DNA of 64,000 nt from an uncultured Alcaligenaceae bacterium (GCA_964630925.1 CAZVZK010000027.1:2135-66134), one strand, 5' to 3'. Positions 9,200 to 18,277 are shown, numbered from the stretch's first letter. Numbers and translations are program-made. The notes: a model not told the origin generated them from the letters alone.

Positions 9200-9694
9200 A
9201 TGGCCGTCGAGTGGTATTTCGCCCACGCAGAAGAGACACGCCAAGGCCCCTACTCCCCCGAGCAGATGAAGGCGCTCGCCCTGTCGGGCGACATCCGGCG
9301 CACCGACACCGTCTACAAGGACGGCCTTGAAAAGGGCATCCTCGCATCCAGGGTGCAGCACCTCTTCGTCGCCGCCCCATTGGCGCCCGCCGAGGCCTCG
9401 CCGGAAGCACCTGCCCCGGCGCCGCCGCCCGCCCCGGAGCCGCCTCCGGCCAAGGCCGAGCGTCCGCCCGCGGCATACGCGCAGCGGAAACGGCGGGCGG
9501 CCTCCGGGCCGGGGGCGACGATCACCAGCCAGGACGGCGAGTACGTGCGATTCCGCAAGAAGTGCATCACCTGCGGCTTCGAGGACTCGTCCCGCAGCAT
9601 GCTCCGCATCATGCCGGGGTCGATGAAGGCGAGCTTCTTCTGCCGCAAGTGCCGCAAGAACCGCGAGGTCTGCCTCCACGGCTACCAGGACTGA
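9200..9694 (+). CDS. GYF_2 (DUF4339) domain protein with C-terminal zinc ribbon
   Basis: N-terminus WYFAHAEETRQGPYSPEQMKALALSGDIRRTDTVYKDGLE is a GYF_2-type motif. Pro/Ala linker. C-terminus has CITCG...FFCRKCRK (CxxC...CxxC). Confidence 0.7.
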   Translation: MAVEWYFAHAEETRQGPYSPEQMKALALSGDIRRTDTVYKDGLEKGILASRVQHLFVAAPLAPAEASPEAPAPAPPPAPEPPPAKAERPPAAYAQRKRRAASGPGATITSQDGEYVRFRKKCITCGFEDSSRSMLRIMPGSMKASFFCRKCRKNREVCLHGYQD

Positions 9695-9966
9695 GCCGGG
9701 CGCTTCACACTGGGGGGGTGGTGAGGGCGGTGCCGGACGTGCGAGCGTGGGCGGTCCGGGGCGGGGGCGCGTTCGGGGGGAAATCCGCGAGGCGGGTTGA
9801 CGGCTGGCCGATTCTAGTTGTGCAAGACGCGACGCCGGTGAGCAAGACAAAGGCTGCATCGCGTTGTCCTCACGATCCGCGGGGAGCGGGGGGTGGGGTG
9901 GAGGATCGGGCCGTCGCCGGGAGTCGCGTCCCTGGCGGCATGCGTTTATCGCAGAAAGGAGTCGCG

Positions 9967-10557
9967 ATGAAGCGGATCATCGTGGTGGCCTGCACGGCCG
10001 CGTGCTTGCTGTTGGGGACCAACACCAGCCGCGCCAGCTGGGGCCATCTGACCTACAGCGGCTATCAGCCCTGGTGGAACATCTTCGCCAAGCGCTACAA
10101 GTGCCTCACCCCCGAGGAGGAGAGGCTCCAGAAGTTCTGGCACGACTACTACAGCGCCATGCGGGACTTCTACAAGGCCCTCGACCGCATCGACTGGGTC
10201 GCCTACTACAAGAACCACGGCTACCAGATCAACGGCTGCGGGCCGTACGGCGGCGGCAACTGCGGGCGGGTGAACTACGCCCCCGTCTTCGTCAGCCCCG
10301 TCATGCAGTGGGCCATCCCCGCCGGCAGCACCGGCGGCCCGCCGGTCGGCCCCGGCCCCGGCCCGATGCCCGGGCCCAACGGCTACCCCGGCGGGTTCCC
10401 CGGCTACGGCCCCCCGCCCGGCTACGGCCCCCCGATGGGTTACCCGATGGGTGGCCCCGGCGTCCCGATGGGCGGCCCGATGGGTGGCCCGATGGGTGGC
10501 CCGATGGGTGGCCCGATGGGTGGCCTGCCGAATCCGACGCCCGAGATGGGCAAGTGA
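9967..10557 (+). CDS. Secreted hypothetical protein with C-terminal Pro/Gly/Met repeat tail
   Basis: AAGGAG-like RBS. Signal peptide MKRIIVVACTAACLLLGTNTSRA. Aromatic-rich core, then GPGPGPMPGPNGYPGGFPGYGPPPGYGPPMGYPMGGPGVPM(GGPM)x4. Confidence 0.75.
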   Translation: MKRIIVVACTAACLLLGTNTSRASWGHLTYSGYQPWWNIFAKRYKCLTPEEERLQKFWHDYYSAMRDFYKALDRIDWVAYYKNHGYQINGCGPYGGGNCGRVNYAPVFVSPVMQWAIPAGSTGGPPVGPGPGPMPGPNGYPGGFPGYGPPPGYGPPMGYPMGGPGVPMGGPMGGPMGGPMGGPMGGLPNPTPEMGK

Positions 10558-10586
10558 CACAACCCCCGAGGTGAGTCCAAGCGAGA

Positions 10587-10763
10587 CCCCCCTCCCCTGG
10601 GGGGGGGGGGGCGGGGGCCGGGCCGGGGCCCCCCCCCCCCCCCGGGGGCGCCCCCCCCCGGGCCCCCCCCACCCCCCCCCCCCCCCCCGGGGGGGGGGGC
10701 CCCCCGCGCCCCCCCCCCCCCACGCCCCCCGCCGGGCCGGCCCTCCCCCTGGGCCGGCCCGGC
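10587..10763. repeat. G/C homopolymer-run block (97% GC)
   Basis: Only 6 A/T in 177 nt. Runs read directly from the sequence: G13 (10599-10611), C15 (10629-10643), C9, C8, C17 (10672-10688), G11 (10689-10699), C13 (10709-10721). Confidence 0.9.
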
Positions 10764-10902
10764 TTATTTCATTCCCCTCTCCCATCCATCTTGCCACCTC
10801 TCCTGCCCATTTCCCGAGGTTCCTCCGCCACGCCACTCCGCCATCGGGTATGCTCCTCATGCGGCCGATCAGGCCCGTGGAACACCCCGACAAGGAGCCG
10901 TC

Positions 10903-11400
10903 ATGCACCTCCCGCGGAAGTGGCTGGCCTCGCTGGCCACCGTCGTCTGCCTGGCCGGCCTGGCCAACGCCCAGTGCTGCCCCACCTGGCCGATCCCCCG
11001 CGCCCCCGACATGTGTGGCCCTGGCTACTACTACTGGAACTGCCAGGGCTACCTCTACGGGCCCTACCACAACGTCTACCCGTGCTTCCCCCCCCACAAC
11101 GGCTTCATCCCCGGCCCCTCGGGCGGCGGCGGAGCGCAGGCGAACCAGCACTTCATGGCCGCCATGCAGGCCTACCAGAAGCGCGGCATGATGCCGGGCT
11201 ACTCCGCCATCCAGCAGCAGATGGGGCAGCAGCAGCCCGGCGGCTACCCCGGCTTCTGGACCCACCCCGCCGTCCGCAGCCCGCGCGACTTCTTCATGTA
11301 CGGTGACGACCCGGCCTCCAGCCCCTATCGTTACGGCGGGGCCGGCGGCTCCCCCTCCACCACCGACCGCGTCGTCCCGTCCTCCATGCCCGGACGGTGA
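10903..11400 (+). CDS. Secreted hypothetical protein (Cys/Tyr/Pro/Gly/Gln-rich)
   Basis: AAGGAG RBS 5 nt upstream. Signal peptide MHLPRKWLASLATVVCLAGLANA. Contains QCCPTWP...CGPGYYYWNCQGYLYGPYHNVYPCFPP and the motif HPAVRSPRDFFMYG. Confidence 0.75.
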   Translation: MHLPRKWLASLATVVCLAGLANAQCCPTWPIPRAPDMCGPGYYYWNCQGYLYGPYHNVYPCFPPHNGFIPGPSGGGGAQANQHFMAAMQAYQKRGMMPGYSAIQQQMGQQQPGGYPGFWTHPAVRSPRDFFMYGDDPASSPYRYGGAGGSPSTTDRVVPSSMPGR

Positions 11401-11454
11401 CGTGTCTCCGGGCGGGTGGCGGGGGCTGAGCCCGCCGCCCACCCGGAGTCGTCC

Positions 11455-11874
11455 ATGCCCGCGCTCCTCATCCTCGAAGATGACCCCGAGCGCACCGTCC
11501 GCTTCCTGTCGGCCGCCGCACGGATCGCCCCCCTCTGGCAGCACGTCATCTGGCCCGACGCCCGCCGGATGATCCGCGAGGCCCCGGCCTACCTCGCCGG
11601 CCCGTGCGTCCTGTCGCTCGACCACGACCTGGAGCCGGAGTCGCCCGGCGATGACCCCGGCGACGGCATGGACCTCGTCCGCTGGCTCGTCGGCCAGCCG
11701 GCCCGCCACCCGGTCATCATCCACTCCAGCAACCGCGAGCGCTCGGCCTGGATGGCCGGCGACTTCGAGCTGGCCGGCTGGCGCTGGTGGAGCGTCTACC
11801 CGCTCGGCGACGACTGGATCGAGGTGGACTGGGCGAAGCTCGTTCGGCGTCTGATGCGCCGCGTCGCCAGGTGA
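11455..11874 (+). CDS. Receiver-like domain protein (cyclic-phosphate-processing receiver type, tentative)
   Basis: PALLILEDDPERT...LSLDHDL...GDGMDLVRWL...PVIIHSSNRERSAWMAGDL follows the pattern of stand-alone CheY-like receiver variants. GGAG lies upstream of the ATG at 11455. Confidence 0.6.
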   Translation: MPALLILEDDPERTVRFLSAAARIAPLWQHVIWPDARRMIREAPAYLAGPCVLSLDHDLEPESPGDDPGDGMDLVRWLVGQPARHPVIIHSSNRERSAWMAGDFELAGWRWWSVYPLGDDWIEVDWAKLVRRLMRRVAR

Positions 11875-12423
11875 AACGGGCGTAACCGGAGGGGCGGTGG
11901 GGTAGATCGGGTGGTGGTCCGCCAGGACCGAAGCCCGACCGGACGCGCTACGCCCTCACGTCGGGCTCCGTTCGGCGGGCGCCCCGCTCAACCCGACCCC
12001 CCAGGAGCCGGCCCCACGTCCCCGCGCCCCTCCGGTCACGCCCGTGTCCTCTGGCCACTCAGATCAGAGGGGAAGTGGGCTGGTTACTCGGCGCCGACTC
12101 ACGCATCCAGTCACCGATAGGCGACGAGTACAGTCACCTTTCCACATGTCCAGCCGGGCGGTCGAGGGGGCTGCCGCGGGCGAGCCTGGCGCGGAGGCTG
12201 CGTATGGGGACGAGGACGGTGCGGGCTGCCTTACTTCACGTGGGAAGAGCCGGCCTCGATAGGGGCGATGATGGCGTGGAGGCGGGCGAGCTGTGGGGCG
12301 TTGCGGTAGGGGGGCGTGGAGACGCTCCCAGGGTGCGTGACGCCGGGTGCAGCGGGAGCGGAGGGGCCGGAGAGTGGGCCGCGGGAGATTCGACGGGCGG
12401 AGGGCGTCGCGGTGGGCAACCAC

Positions 12424-12585
12424 ATGAAGGGGTGTAGTTGCCGGCGTTGCCGGAGCGGCATGCACACGCCGACGGGTGGCAAACTGCTCCAGAAGCTCAT
12501 CCGCAGTGCGCGGCGGGCGACCAAGCGGGCGTTACACAAGGGTGAGGAGCCGCCCCCATGCAAGTCCCGCGGGTGGACCGACTGA
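12424..12585 (+). CDS. Small basic Cys-rich hypothetical protein (53 aa)
   Basis: MKGCSCRRCRSGMHTPTGGKLLQKLIRSARRATKRALHKGEEPPPCKSRGWTD. It looks like a real small protein, but a 128-aa antisense ORF overlaps it and there is no strong RBS. Confidence 0.35.
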   Translation: MKGCSCRRCRSGMHTPTGGKLLQKLIRSARRATKRALHKGEEPPPCKSRGWTD

Positions 12586-12686
12586 GGCGGTTCGGGGCGG
12601 GCGCCAATGGCCCCCACTGGGTACGCCCAACAAGAGAGGGCCGGGCGTCAGTGACGCCCGGCCCTCGATACTTCCACTCTCCGCGG

Positions 12687-14027
12687 TCACGCCTCCAGCG
12701 CCCGCACCACCGCCGCCAGCGGACCGGCGATCTCTTCCGCCGCCCCCTCCGCCAGCCAGCGCTTCAGGAACGCCCGCGCCGCCGCCGCCTGCGCCCGCAG
12801 CCCCGGCGGCACCAGCGCCGGCCCCGCCGGGGCCTCGGCCTCCGGCAGCGACGGCAGGCCGGCCAAACCCTCCTGCGCCGAGCGGGCCACCGCCTGCGCC
12901 TCGTCGCGTGCCAGCCGCGCCAGCAGCTCGCGCCCCGCCTCGCCCAGTCGGCCTAGTGCCGCCGCCACCGCCCCGCGCACCAGCGCGTTGCCGTCACCGG
13001 CCAGACGTCCCAGGTCTGCCAGCGCCTCGCGGCCCAGGAGGTCGGCCAGCGCCGACACGGCCACCGGCCGCACGAACGCGCTGGGGTCTGCGAACGCCGT
13101 CTGCCGCACCGCTTCGGCCGCCTCGGTGTCGCCCCAGCCGGCGGCCGCCTTGAGCGCGGCGCAGCGCACCCCAGGCTGCTTGTGGCCGATGAACGCACGC
13201 ACGGCGCTCATGGCGAAGCGGTAGTCCGCCGAGGTCATGAGGTACAGCAGTCGGCAGCACAGACGCTCCTCGTGCGTGCTGTCGAGCAACTGCTCCAGCA
13301 GCGGCACCAGGGCGGGGGCGGCCTCCTCGGCCTTGAGGTCGATGAGCGCCTGCACCGCCAGCCCACGCAGCCCCACCTCCTCGCGGGCGATGCGCACCAG
13401 CAGCGGCACCGCCTCGCGCGTCTCCATCGCCACCAGCGCCGAGATCAGCTTGGCCGCCACCCCGAGCTGCGCCCTCTGCCGTCCCGCGAAGCCGCACGCC
13501 GCCTCCAGCCGCTTCAGGAGGGCGGGGGCGGCCCCGCCGTACTTGAGGCCGGCGAGGGCGGTCGCCGCCGCGACCTGGACGTGCTGCTCGGGGTGGTCGA
13601 GGAACGGTGCGATCCTCGCGCCCTCGCTGTCGGGGCCCAGCCGCCCGAGGGCGAAGATGGCGGCGTGGACCACGCAGGGGTTGCTGTCCTCCAGGCAGTT
13701 CTGGGCGTCGGGCCGGGCGGCGTCGAGACGCAGCACCCCCGCCGTCCCCAGGGCCGCCTGAACCACGAACGGGTTCTGGTCGTAGATGGCCGCGCGGAGG
13801 GCGTCGGCCGCCGTGGCCGGGAGGGCGCCGGCGTGCCGGAGCCACTTGGCGGCCCCGGAGCGCACGAACGGGCTGCGCTCCCCGAGGAGGGACGCCAGCT
13901 CGTCGGCTGTCGGCGCGAGGGCGCCGAGCCGGGTGGCGGCGGCGGCGGAGGCGGCCTCGTCGCGGCTGGACAGGTTGGCCAGCTCCAGGGCGAGGTCAGG
14001 CAGGCGTGATTCGCGGACGGCGGCCAT
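12687..14027 (-). CDS. HEAT (PBS-lyase type) repeat protein
   Basis: ATG at 14027 with GGAGG 8 nt upstream; the 14066 start in the ORF track is TTG. Repeated ...P.V..AA..ALG.LG...A.P.L..LL.D... units run throughout. Confidence 0.8.
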   Translation of the reverse strand: MAAVRESRLPDLALELANLSSRDEAASAAAATRLGALAPTADELASLLGERSPFVRSGAAKWLRHAGALPATAADALRAAIYDQNPFVVQAALGTAGVLRLDAARPDAQNCLEDSNPCVVHAAIFALGRLGPDSEGARIAPFLDHPEQHVQVAAATALAGLKYGGAAPALLKRLEAACGFAGRQRAQLGVAAKLISALVAMETREAVPLLVRIAREEVGLRGLAVQALIDLKAEEAAPALVPLLEQLLDSTHEERLCCRLLYLMTSADYRFAMSAVRAFIGHKQPGVRCAALKAAAGWGDTEAAEAVRQTAFADPSAFVRPVAVSALADLLGREALADLGRLAGDGNALVRGAVAAALGRLGEAGRELLARLARDEAQAVARSAQEGLAGLPSLPEAEAPAGPALVPPGLRAQAAAARAFLKRWLAEGAAEEIAGPLAAVVRALEA

Positions 14028-14186
14028 GACGGCTTCCTCCGAAATGCCCGACGGGCGGGCTGGCAAATTGGGATGGCGGACCCCAATTGCATCGGCCCCG
14101 CCGCGCCCGCAAGAACGGCAATCCCGGCAGGGGAGGAAGGGCGGACTGGCGGGGCGGCCGTCACAGGCCGCAAAGCTTGCCCATGT

Positions 14187-14482
14187 TCACGGGGCCGTCC
14201 CCGGGGCATCCTCCAGGACGAGGCCGAGGGGGTTGGGGGGAGGTGGAAGCTGAGTGAGGCCTTCCCCCGGTTGACGACGAGGCGGCGTGTCGTCCCGCCC
14301 TCGGCGTGGTCTTTCCTGGCGCGTGTGAACAGCGCGGCGCCCCGCACCGGTGCGCCGTCGTATCTCTGGAGCAGGGCGCCGGCCCTGAGGCCGAGCCGCT
14401 CGCAAGCGGTGTCGGCGATGACGCGGGCGACGCGCACCAGCTCGAAGCCGGCGGACCATGCCGGGTAGGTGGTTTCGCTCAT
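14187..14482 (-). pseudogene. Small PDZ-like ORF with an apparent frame disruption at a C-run
   Basis: Good coding signal from the ATG at 14482 (MSETTYPAWSAGFELVRVARVIADTACERLGLRAGALLQRYDGAPVRG...VVNRGKASLSFHLPP). The frame then degrades to Arg/Pro/Ser-rich sequence and runs 550 nt into the HEAT gene. The -1-shifted frame continues sensibly (PPNPLGLVLEDAPGTAP*) to a stop at 14187. Confidence 0.35.
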
Positions 14483-14606
14483 GGCATCCTCGGACGGAGG
14501 GGCGATCAGGACACTCTCACCGCCCCGCCGCTGGATTCCCACACCCGCGCCGCCGGCCTGATCCGTAGGTTAGCTACAGACCCATTCCCACCCTGAGGCC
14601 GCACCC

Positions 14607-15746
14607 ATGGCCGTCACCCGCCGCGACCTCCTCTCCCTGAGCGCCGCCGGCCTCGTCGCCGGCACCGCCCGCGCCGCCGCACCGCCCGACGGCGTCCCCG
14701 CCCGCCCCTACCTCACGCCGGCGAAGGACTTCGCCGATGTCAGCCGCGGCTCTCCCGTGCCCCACTCCCTCAAGGGCGACGCCCTCGTCAAGGCCGGCCT
14801 CACCCCGGCGACGTGGAAGCTCGACATCACCGCCGAGGACAAGGCCACCTTCAGGAAGCCGCTCTCCCTCGACTTCAAGAGCCTCCTCAGGCTCGGCGAG
14901 AAGCACGGCGTCAAGTTCCTCAAGGCGATGCAGTGCAACAACATCCCCCGCCCGCTCGGCCAGGGGCTGTGGGAGGGCGTGCCCCTGCGCGTCCTCCTCA
15001 ACCTGTGCGGCGAGATGAACAACGTCCGACGCGTCTTCTACCACGGCTTCCACAACAACGAGCCGAAGCAGATGTTCCGCTCGTCCCTCGCCCTCAGCCA
15101 GGTCCTCGACGGCCCGCCCGGCGAGCTGCCCCCCTTCCTCGCCTACCGCCTCAACGGCGAGCCGATCCCGCTGGTCCGCGGCGGCCCCGTCCGCATGATC
15201 GTCCCCTGGGCGCACGGCTTCAAGTCGATCAAGTGGCTGCAGAAGATCACCCTCACCAACGACCACAAGACGAACGACACCTACGCCGACGCCAACAACG
15301 ACCCCGAGTCGTACCTGAAGACCGCCGCGTACTTCGACGAGACGCGGCACCAGACGTTCGGCCCAGGCCCCGTTCTGATACGCGGCACCTGCATGGTCGG
15401 CTGGCCCGGGCTCCAGCGCGTCGAATACTGGCTCCGCGCCGACGACGGCAGGAAGGCCGCGGACGACGACCCCACGGCGGAGTGGAAGGCGTGCGTCATC
15501 GACCCCCCGCCGGCGGACTTCGGCGCCAGGGGCATCTGGGGCTTCGATGACGCGGGCAAGCCGAAGGAGTGGCCGCTGCGCTACAGCATCGCCCACTGGT
15601 CGCTGTTGTTGCGCGGCCTGAAGCCGGGCGAGTACGAGATCCGCGTGCGTACGGTGGATAAGAACGGCTTCGCCCAGCCGGAGCCACGGCCCTATCAGAA
15701 GTCGGGCAAGAACGCGGTGCAGGTGAAGAAGTTCACGAGGAAGTAG
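14607..15746 (+). CDS. Tat-exported molybdopterin oxidoreductase (sulfite oxidase / YedY-MsrP superfamily)
   Basis: Twin-arginine signal MAVTRRDLLSLSAAGLVAGTARA. Moco-domain strings: MQCNNIPRPLGQGLWEGVPLRVLL, LAYRLNGEPIPLVRGGPVRMIVPWAHGFKSIKWLQKI. Confidence 0.85.
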   Translation: MAVTRRDLLSLSAAGLVAGTARAAAPPDGVPARPYLTPAKDFADVSRGSPVPHSLKGDALVKAGLTPATWKLDITAEDKATFRKPLSLDFKSLLRLGEKHGVKFLKAMQCNNIPRPLGQGLWEGVPLRVLLNLCGEMNNVRRVFYHGFHNNEPKQMFRSSLALSQVLDGPPGELPPFLAYRLNGEPIPLVRGGPVRMIVPWAHGFKSIKWLQKITLTNDHKTNDTYADANNDPESYLKTAAYFDETRHQTFGPGPVLIRGTCMVGWPGLQRVEYWLRADDGRKAADDDPTAEWKACVIDPPPADFGARGIWGFDDAGKPKEWPLRYSIAHWSLLLRGLKPGEYEIRVRTVDKNGFAQPEPRPYQKSGKNAVQVKKFTRK

Positions 15747-15752
15747 TACCCC

Positions 15753-16955
15753 ATGAAGCGAATGATCGTCCTCCTCCTCCTCGCCGGGCCTGCGTGGGGG
15801 CAGACGGTGCCGACCACGGGCAAGGAGGCGCCCGGCCTGGAGCCGCTCGACCGCGCGGTCCTCACGATCATGGACCGCCACGGCGTGCCGGGGGCGTCCC
15901 TGGCCATCGCCCTCGAAGGCAAGCTGGTGTTCGCACGCGGCTACGGCTGGTCGAACATCGGCAACGGCACACACGCCACGCCGACGACCATGTTCGGCCT
16001 GGCCAGCGTGTCGAAGACCATCACCGCGGCCGCGGTGATGCACATGGTGGAGGACGGCAAGATCGGCCTGGATGACCCGGCGTTCTCGCACCTCAAGCAC
16101 CTCAACCCGCCGAAGGGCGCGAAGGTCGATCCCCGCCTTCACAGGATCACGGTACGGCATTTGCTGAATCATTCAGGTGGCTGGGACCGCAACAAGAGTG
16201 GCGACCCGCTGACGTGGACGCCGGTGATCACGCGCCGGATGGGCGTCCGCGCCCCCGTAGGGCAGGACACATTCCTGTCGTTCATGATGTCCGTGCCGCT
16301 GGACTTCGACCCCGGCACGCGGGCCGTCTACTCGAACGTCGGGTACTCCGCGCTGGCGCGGATCGTGTCGAAGGTCAGCGGGATGAGTTACGAGGAGTAC
16401 GTGCGCAAGAACGTGCTGGAGCCGGCGGGCGTGAAGTCCGGCGTGCATCACCTGGGGCGGGCGGAGTTCTTCAAGGGCGAGGCGCACAGCTACCTCGCCG
16501 GGACGATCAACCCCCTGCCGCCGCCCCAGCTCCCGATGGTGCAGGGCGCGATGGGGTGGAGCCTGTCGGCGGTGGACACGGTACGCTTCCTGACGGCCCT
16601 GGACGGCAGCCGGGGCAAGCGCCTGGTGAAGCCCGAGACACATAAGGCGATGCTGGCCGCCCCGCCGGCGCCGATCAAGCCGAACGCCGAAGGGCGGTAC
16701 ATGGGGCTGGGCTTCTCGCTGGTCACACCGACGAAGGACGGGATCGTATGCGTTCAGGACGGCCACTATTACGGGATGCGGGCGTTCGTGAAGCGGAACG
16801 CGGCGGGGGTCAACTGGGCGCTGCTGTTCAACGCCAGCATGCAGCCGGACGGGGTGGACATCAAGGTCATCAACGGGGCGATCCACGAGATACGCGACCT
16901 CGTGGACTCGATGAAGAAGTTCCCCAAGGTCGATCTGTTCGCGGACTATCCGTGA
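15753..16955 (+). CDS. Serine hydrolase, beta-lactamase/class C (EstB/PBP4*-like) family
   Basis: Signal peptide. S-x-x-K motif in FGLASVSKTITAAAVMHMVEDGKI. RHLLNHSGG and YSNVGYSALARIV (Y-x-N) motifs. Begins 6 nt after the previous stop. Confidence 0.88.
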   Translation: MKRMIVLLLLAGPAWGQTVPTTGKEAPGLEPLDRAVLTIMDRHGVPGASLAIALEGKLVFARGYGWSNIGNGTHATPTTMFGLASVSKTITAAAVMHMVEDGKIGLDDPAFSHLKHLNPPKGAKVDPRLHRITVRHLLNHSGGWDRNKSGDPLTWTPVITRRMGVRAPVGQDTFLSFMMSVPLDFDPGTRAVYSNVGYSALARIVSKVSGMSYEEYVRKNVLEPAGVKSGVHHLGRAEFFKGEAHSYLAGTINPLPPPQLPMVQGAMGWSLSAVDTVRFLTALDGSRGKRLVKPETHKAMLAAPPAPIKPNAEGRYMGLGFSLVTPTKDGIVCVQDGHYYGMRAFVKRNAAGVNWALLFNASMQPDGVDIKVINGAIHEIRDLVDSMKKFPKVDLFADYP

Positions 16956-17231
16956 GCGCACGAGGCGCCTGGGGCAGGAAAGTGAGAGGACGCGGAGAAT
17001 TCCACTTGGCGTGGCCGGCGGAATCGGCTACTCTACAAATTCTTCATACTCGCACCATCATGTCAACATGTTGGAGCATCACGCGCCTGACGTGGGTCGC
17101 CGCTCCCACACCGTTTGATGGTGTCCGAGGGTGAGTCAGCAACCGGGGGTCGCCCTCGGTCCTTGCTTCAACCCCTGGAATCACACAGGGTATCGGTTTC
17201 ATCCACTCTCTCCTGACGGAGGCACCTCTCC

Positions 17232-18197
17232 ATGCCACATTTCCTCACCGCCCGAAAACGCGGGTTCACGCTGATCGAGCTGCTCGTGGTCATCGCCATC
17301 ATCGCTGTCCTCATCGGCCTGCTCCTGCCGGCGGTGCAGAAGGTCCGCGAGGCCGCCGCACGCATGCAGTCGGCCAACAACCTCAAGCAGCTCGGCATCG
17401 CCTTCCACAGTTGCCACGACACCCACGGCAAGTTGCCGCCCACCCACGGCTGCTTCCCCATGGACGCGAACAACACGGACTGGAACGCCCAGTCCAGGCC
17501 GTCCAGGTTCGGCACCCTGCAGTACTTCCTGCTGCCGTACATCGAGCAGGACGCGATCTTCAAGGCCCAGACGCACCACTCCTGGGACAGCCGCGACGTG
17601 ATCAAGACCTACCAGGCCCCCGGCGACCCGACGCTCCCTGCCGGCGGCAGGACCTGGGGTGACCGCGGCGCCACCAGCTACCGCGCCAACTGGCACGCCT
17701 TCCGCGGCGGCTGGGGAGAGGACTGGCAGAAGGGCGGCGTCCATAACTTCGCCGCCATCCGCGACGGCCTGTCCAACACCATCTTCTTCGCAGAGGCGTT
17801 CGCCATCTGCGGGACCCCCGGCGGCGACGGCCGTACTTATGTCGAGCTCATCTGGAACGAGGACGGCCAGAACTCCGGGCCTATCGCTCAGAAATACACG
17901 AACAACGCCTACTTCGTTCCGGCCTTCTGGAATTCCGCCCGCAGCGATGTCGGCGACAACCCCAACTCCTACTCGGGGCCGAACGCGGCCGTGAGCGGCC
18001 GCGGCACCCCGCTGCCCCAGATCTCCCCCTCCGACGCGGAGTGCGACCCCAAGCGGGTGCAGGCCCTCACCGTGGGTGGCATCCTGGTCGGCCTCGGCGA
18101 CGGCAGCGTCCGCACCGTCGGCCCCGGCGTCTCCCAGGCCACCTGGGGCCTCGCCGTCGAGCCCAAGGACCGCCTGCCGATGGGCGGTAACTGGTGA
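17232..18197 (+). CDS. DUF1559 (H-X9-DG) protein with prepilin-type N-terminal cleavage/methylation motif
   Basis: [61 protein letters not shown] is the canonical Planctomycetes DUF1559 N-terminus. GGAGG RBS present. Confidence 0.9.
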   Translation: MPHFLTARKRGFTLIELLVVIAIIAVLIGLLLPAVQKVREAAARMQSANNLKQLGIAFHSCHDTHGKLPPTHGCFPMDANNTDWNAQSRPSRFGTLQYFLLPYIEQDAIFKAQTHHSWDSRDVIKTYQAPGDPTLPAGGRTWGDRGATSYRANWHAFRGGWGEDWQKGGVHNFAAIRDGLSNTIFFAEAFAICGTPGGDGRTYVELIWNEDGQNSGPIAQKYTNNAYFVPAFWNSARSDVGDNPNSYSGPNAAVSGRGTPLPQISPSDAECDPKRVQALTVGGILVGLGDGSVRTVGPGVSQATWGLAVEPKDRLPMGGNW

Positions 18198-18277
18198 TCG
18201 CGCCCGCCGGACTTCCCGCGCCGTCGGGGGCCTTCCCCGCCCCCGACGGCCCTTCCCATTTCTCAGGACCGACTCTC

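Noticed and set aside
10301-11191. Poly-Pro / poly-Gly ORFs running through the G/C homopolymer block
   Set aside because: They are a translation artefact of the C and G runs. They have no start context and overlap the well-supported secreted-protein gene at 10903.
12231-12617. 128-aa minus-strand ORF ending ...LARLHAIIAPIEAGSSHVK
   Set aside because: Only the last ~25 residues look protein-like and the rest is Pro/Arg/Ser-rich. It is antisense to the more plausible small Cys-rich ORF at 12424..12585. Neither is strongly supported.
13514-14186. 3' two-thirds of the 342-aa ORF 13514..14542
   Set aside because: It overlaps the HEAT-repeat gene by more than 500 nt in a different frame. Coding quality collapses after the C-run at about 14240, so only the 5' part was kept, as a disrupted ORF.
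14607-16955. The molybdoenzyme plus beta-lactamase-fold hydrolase pair as a novel pathway
   Set aside because: The only evidence is a 6-nt spacing. Both families are large, common and frequently adjacent to unrelated genes, and nothing in the sequences points to a shared substrate.
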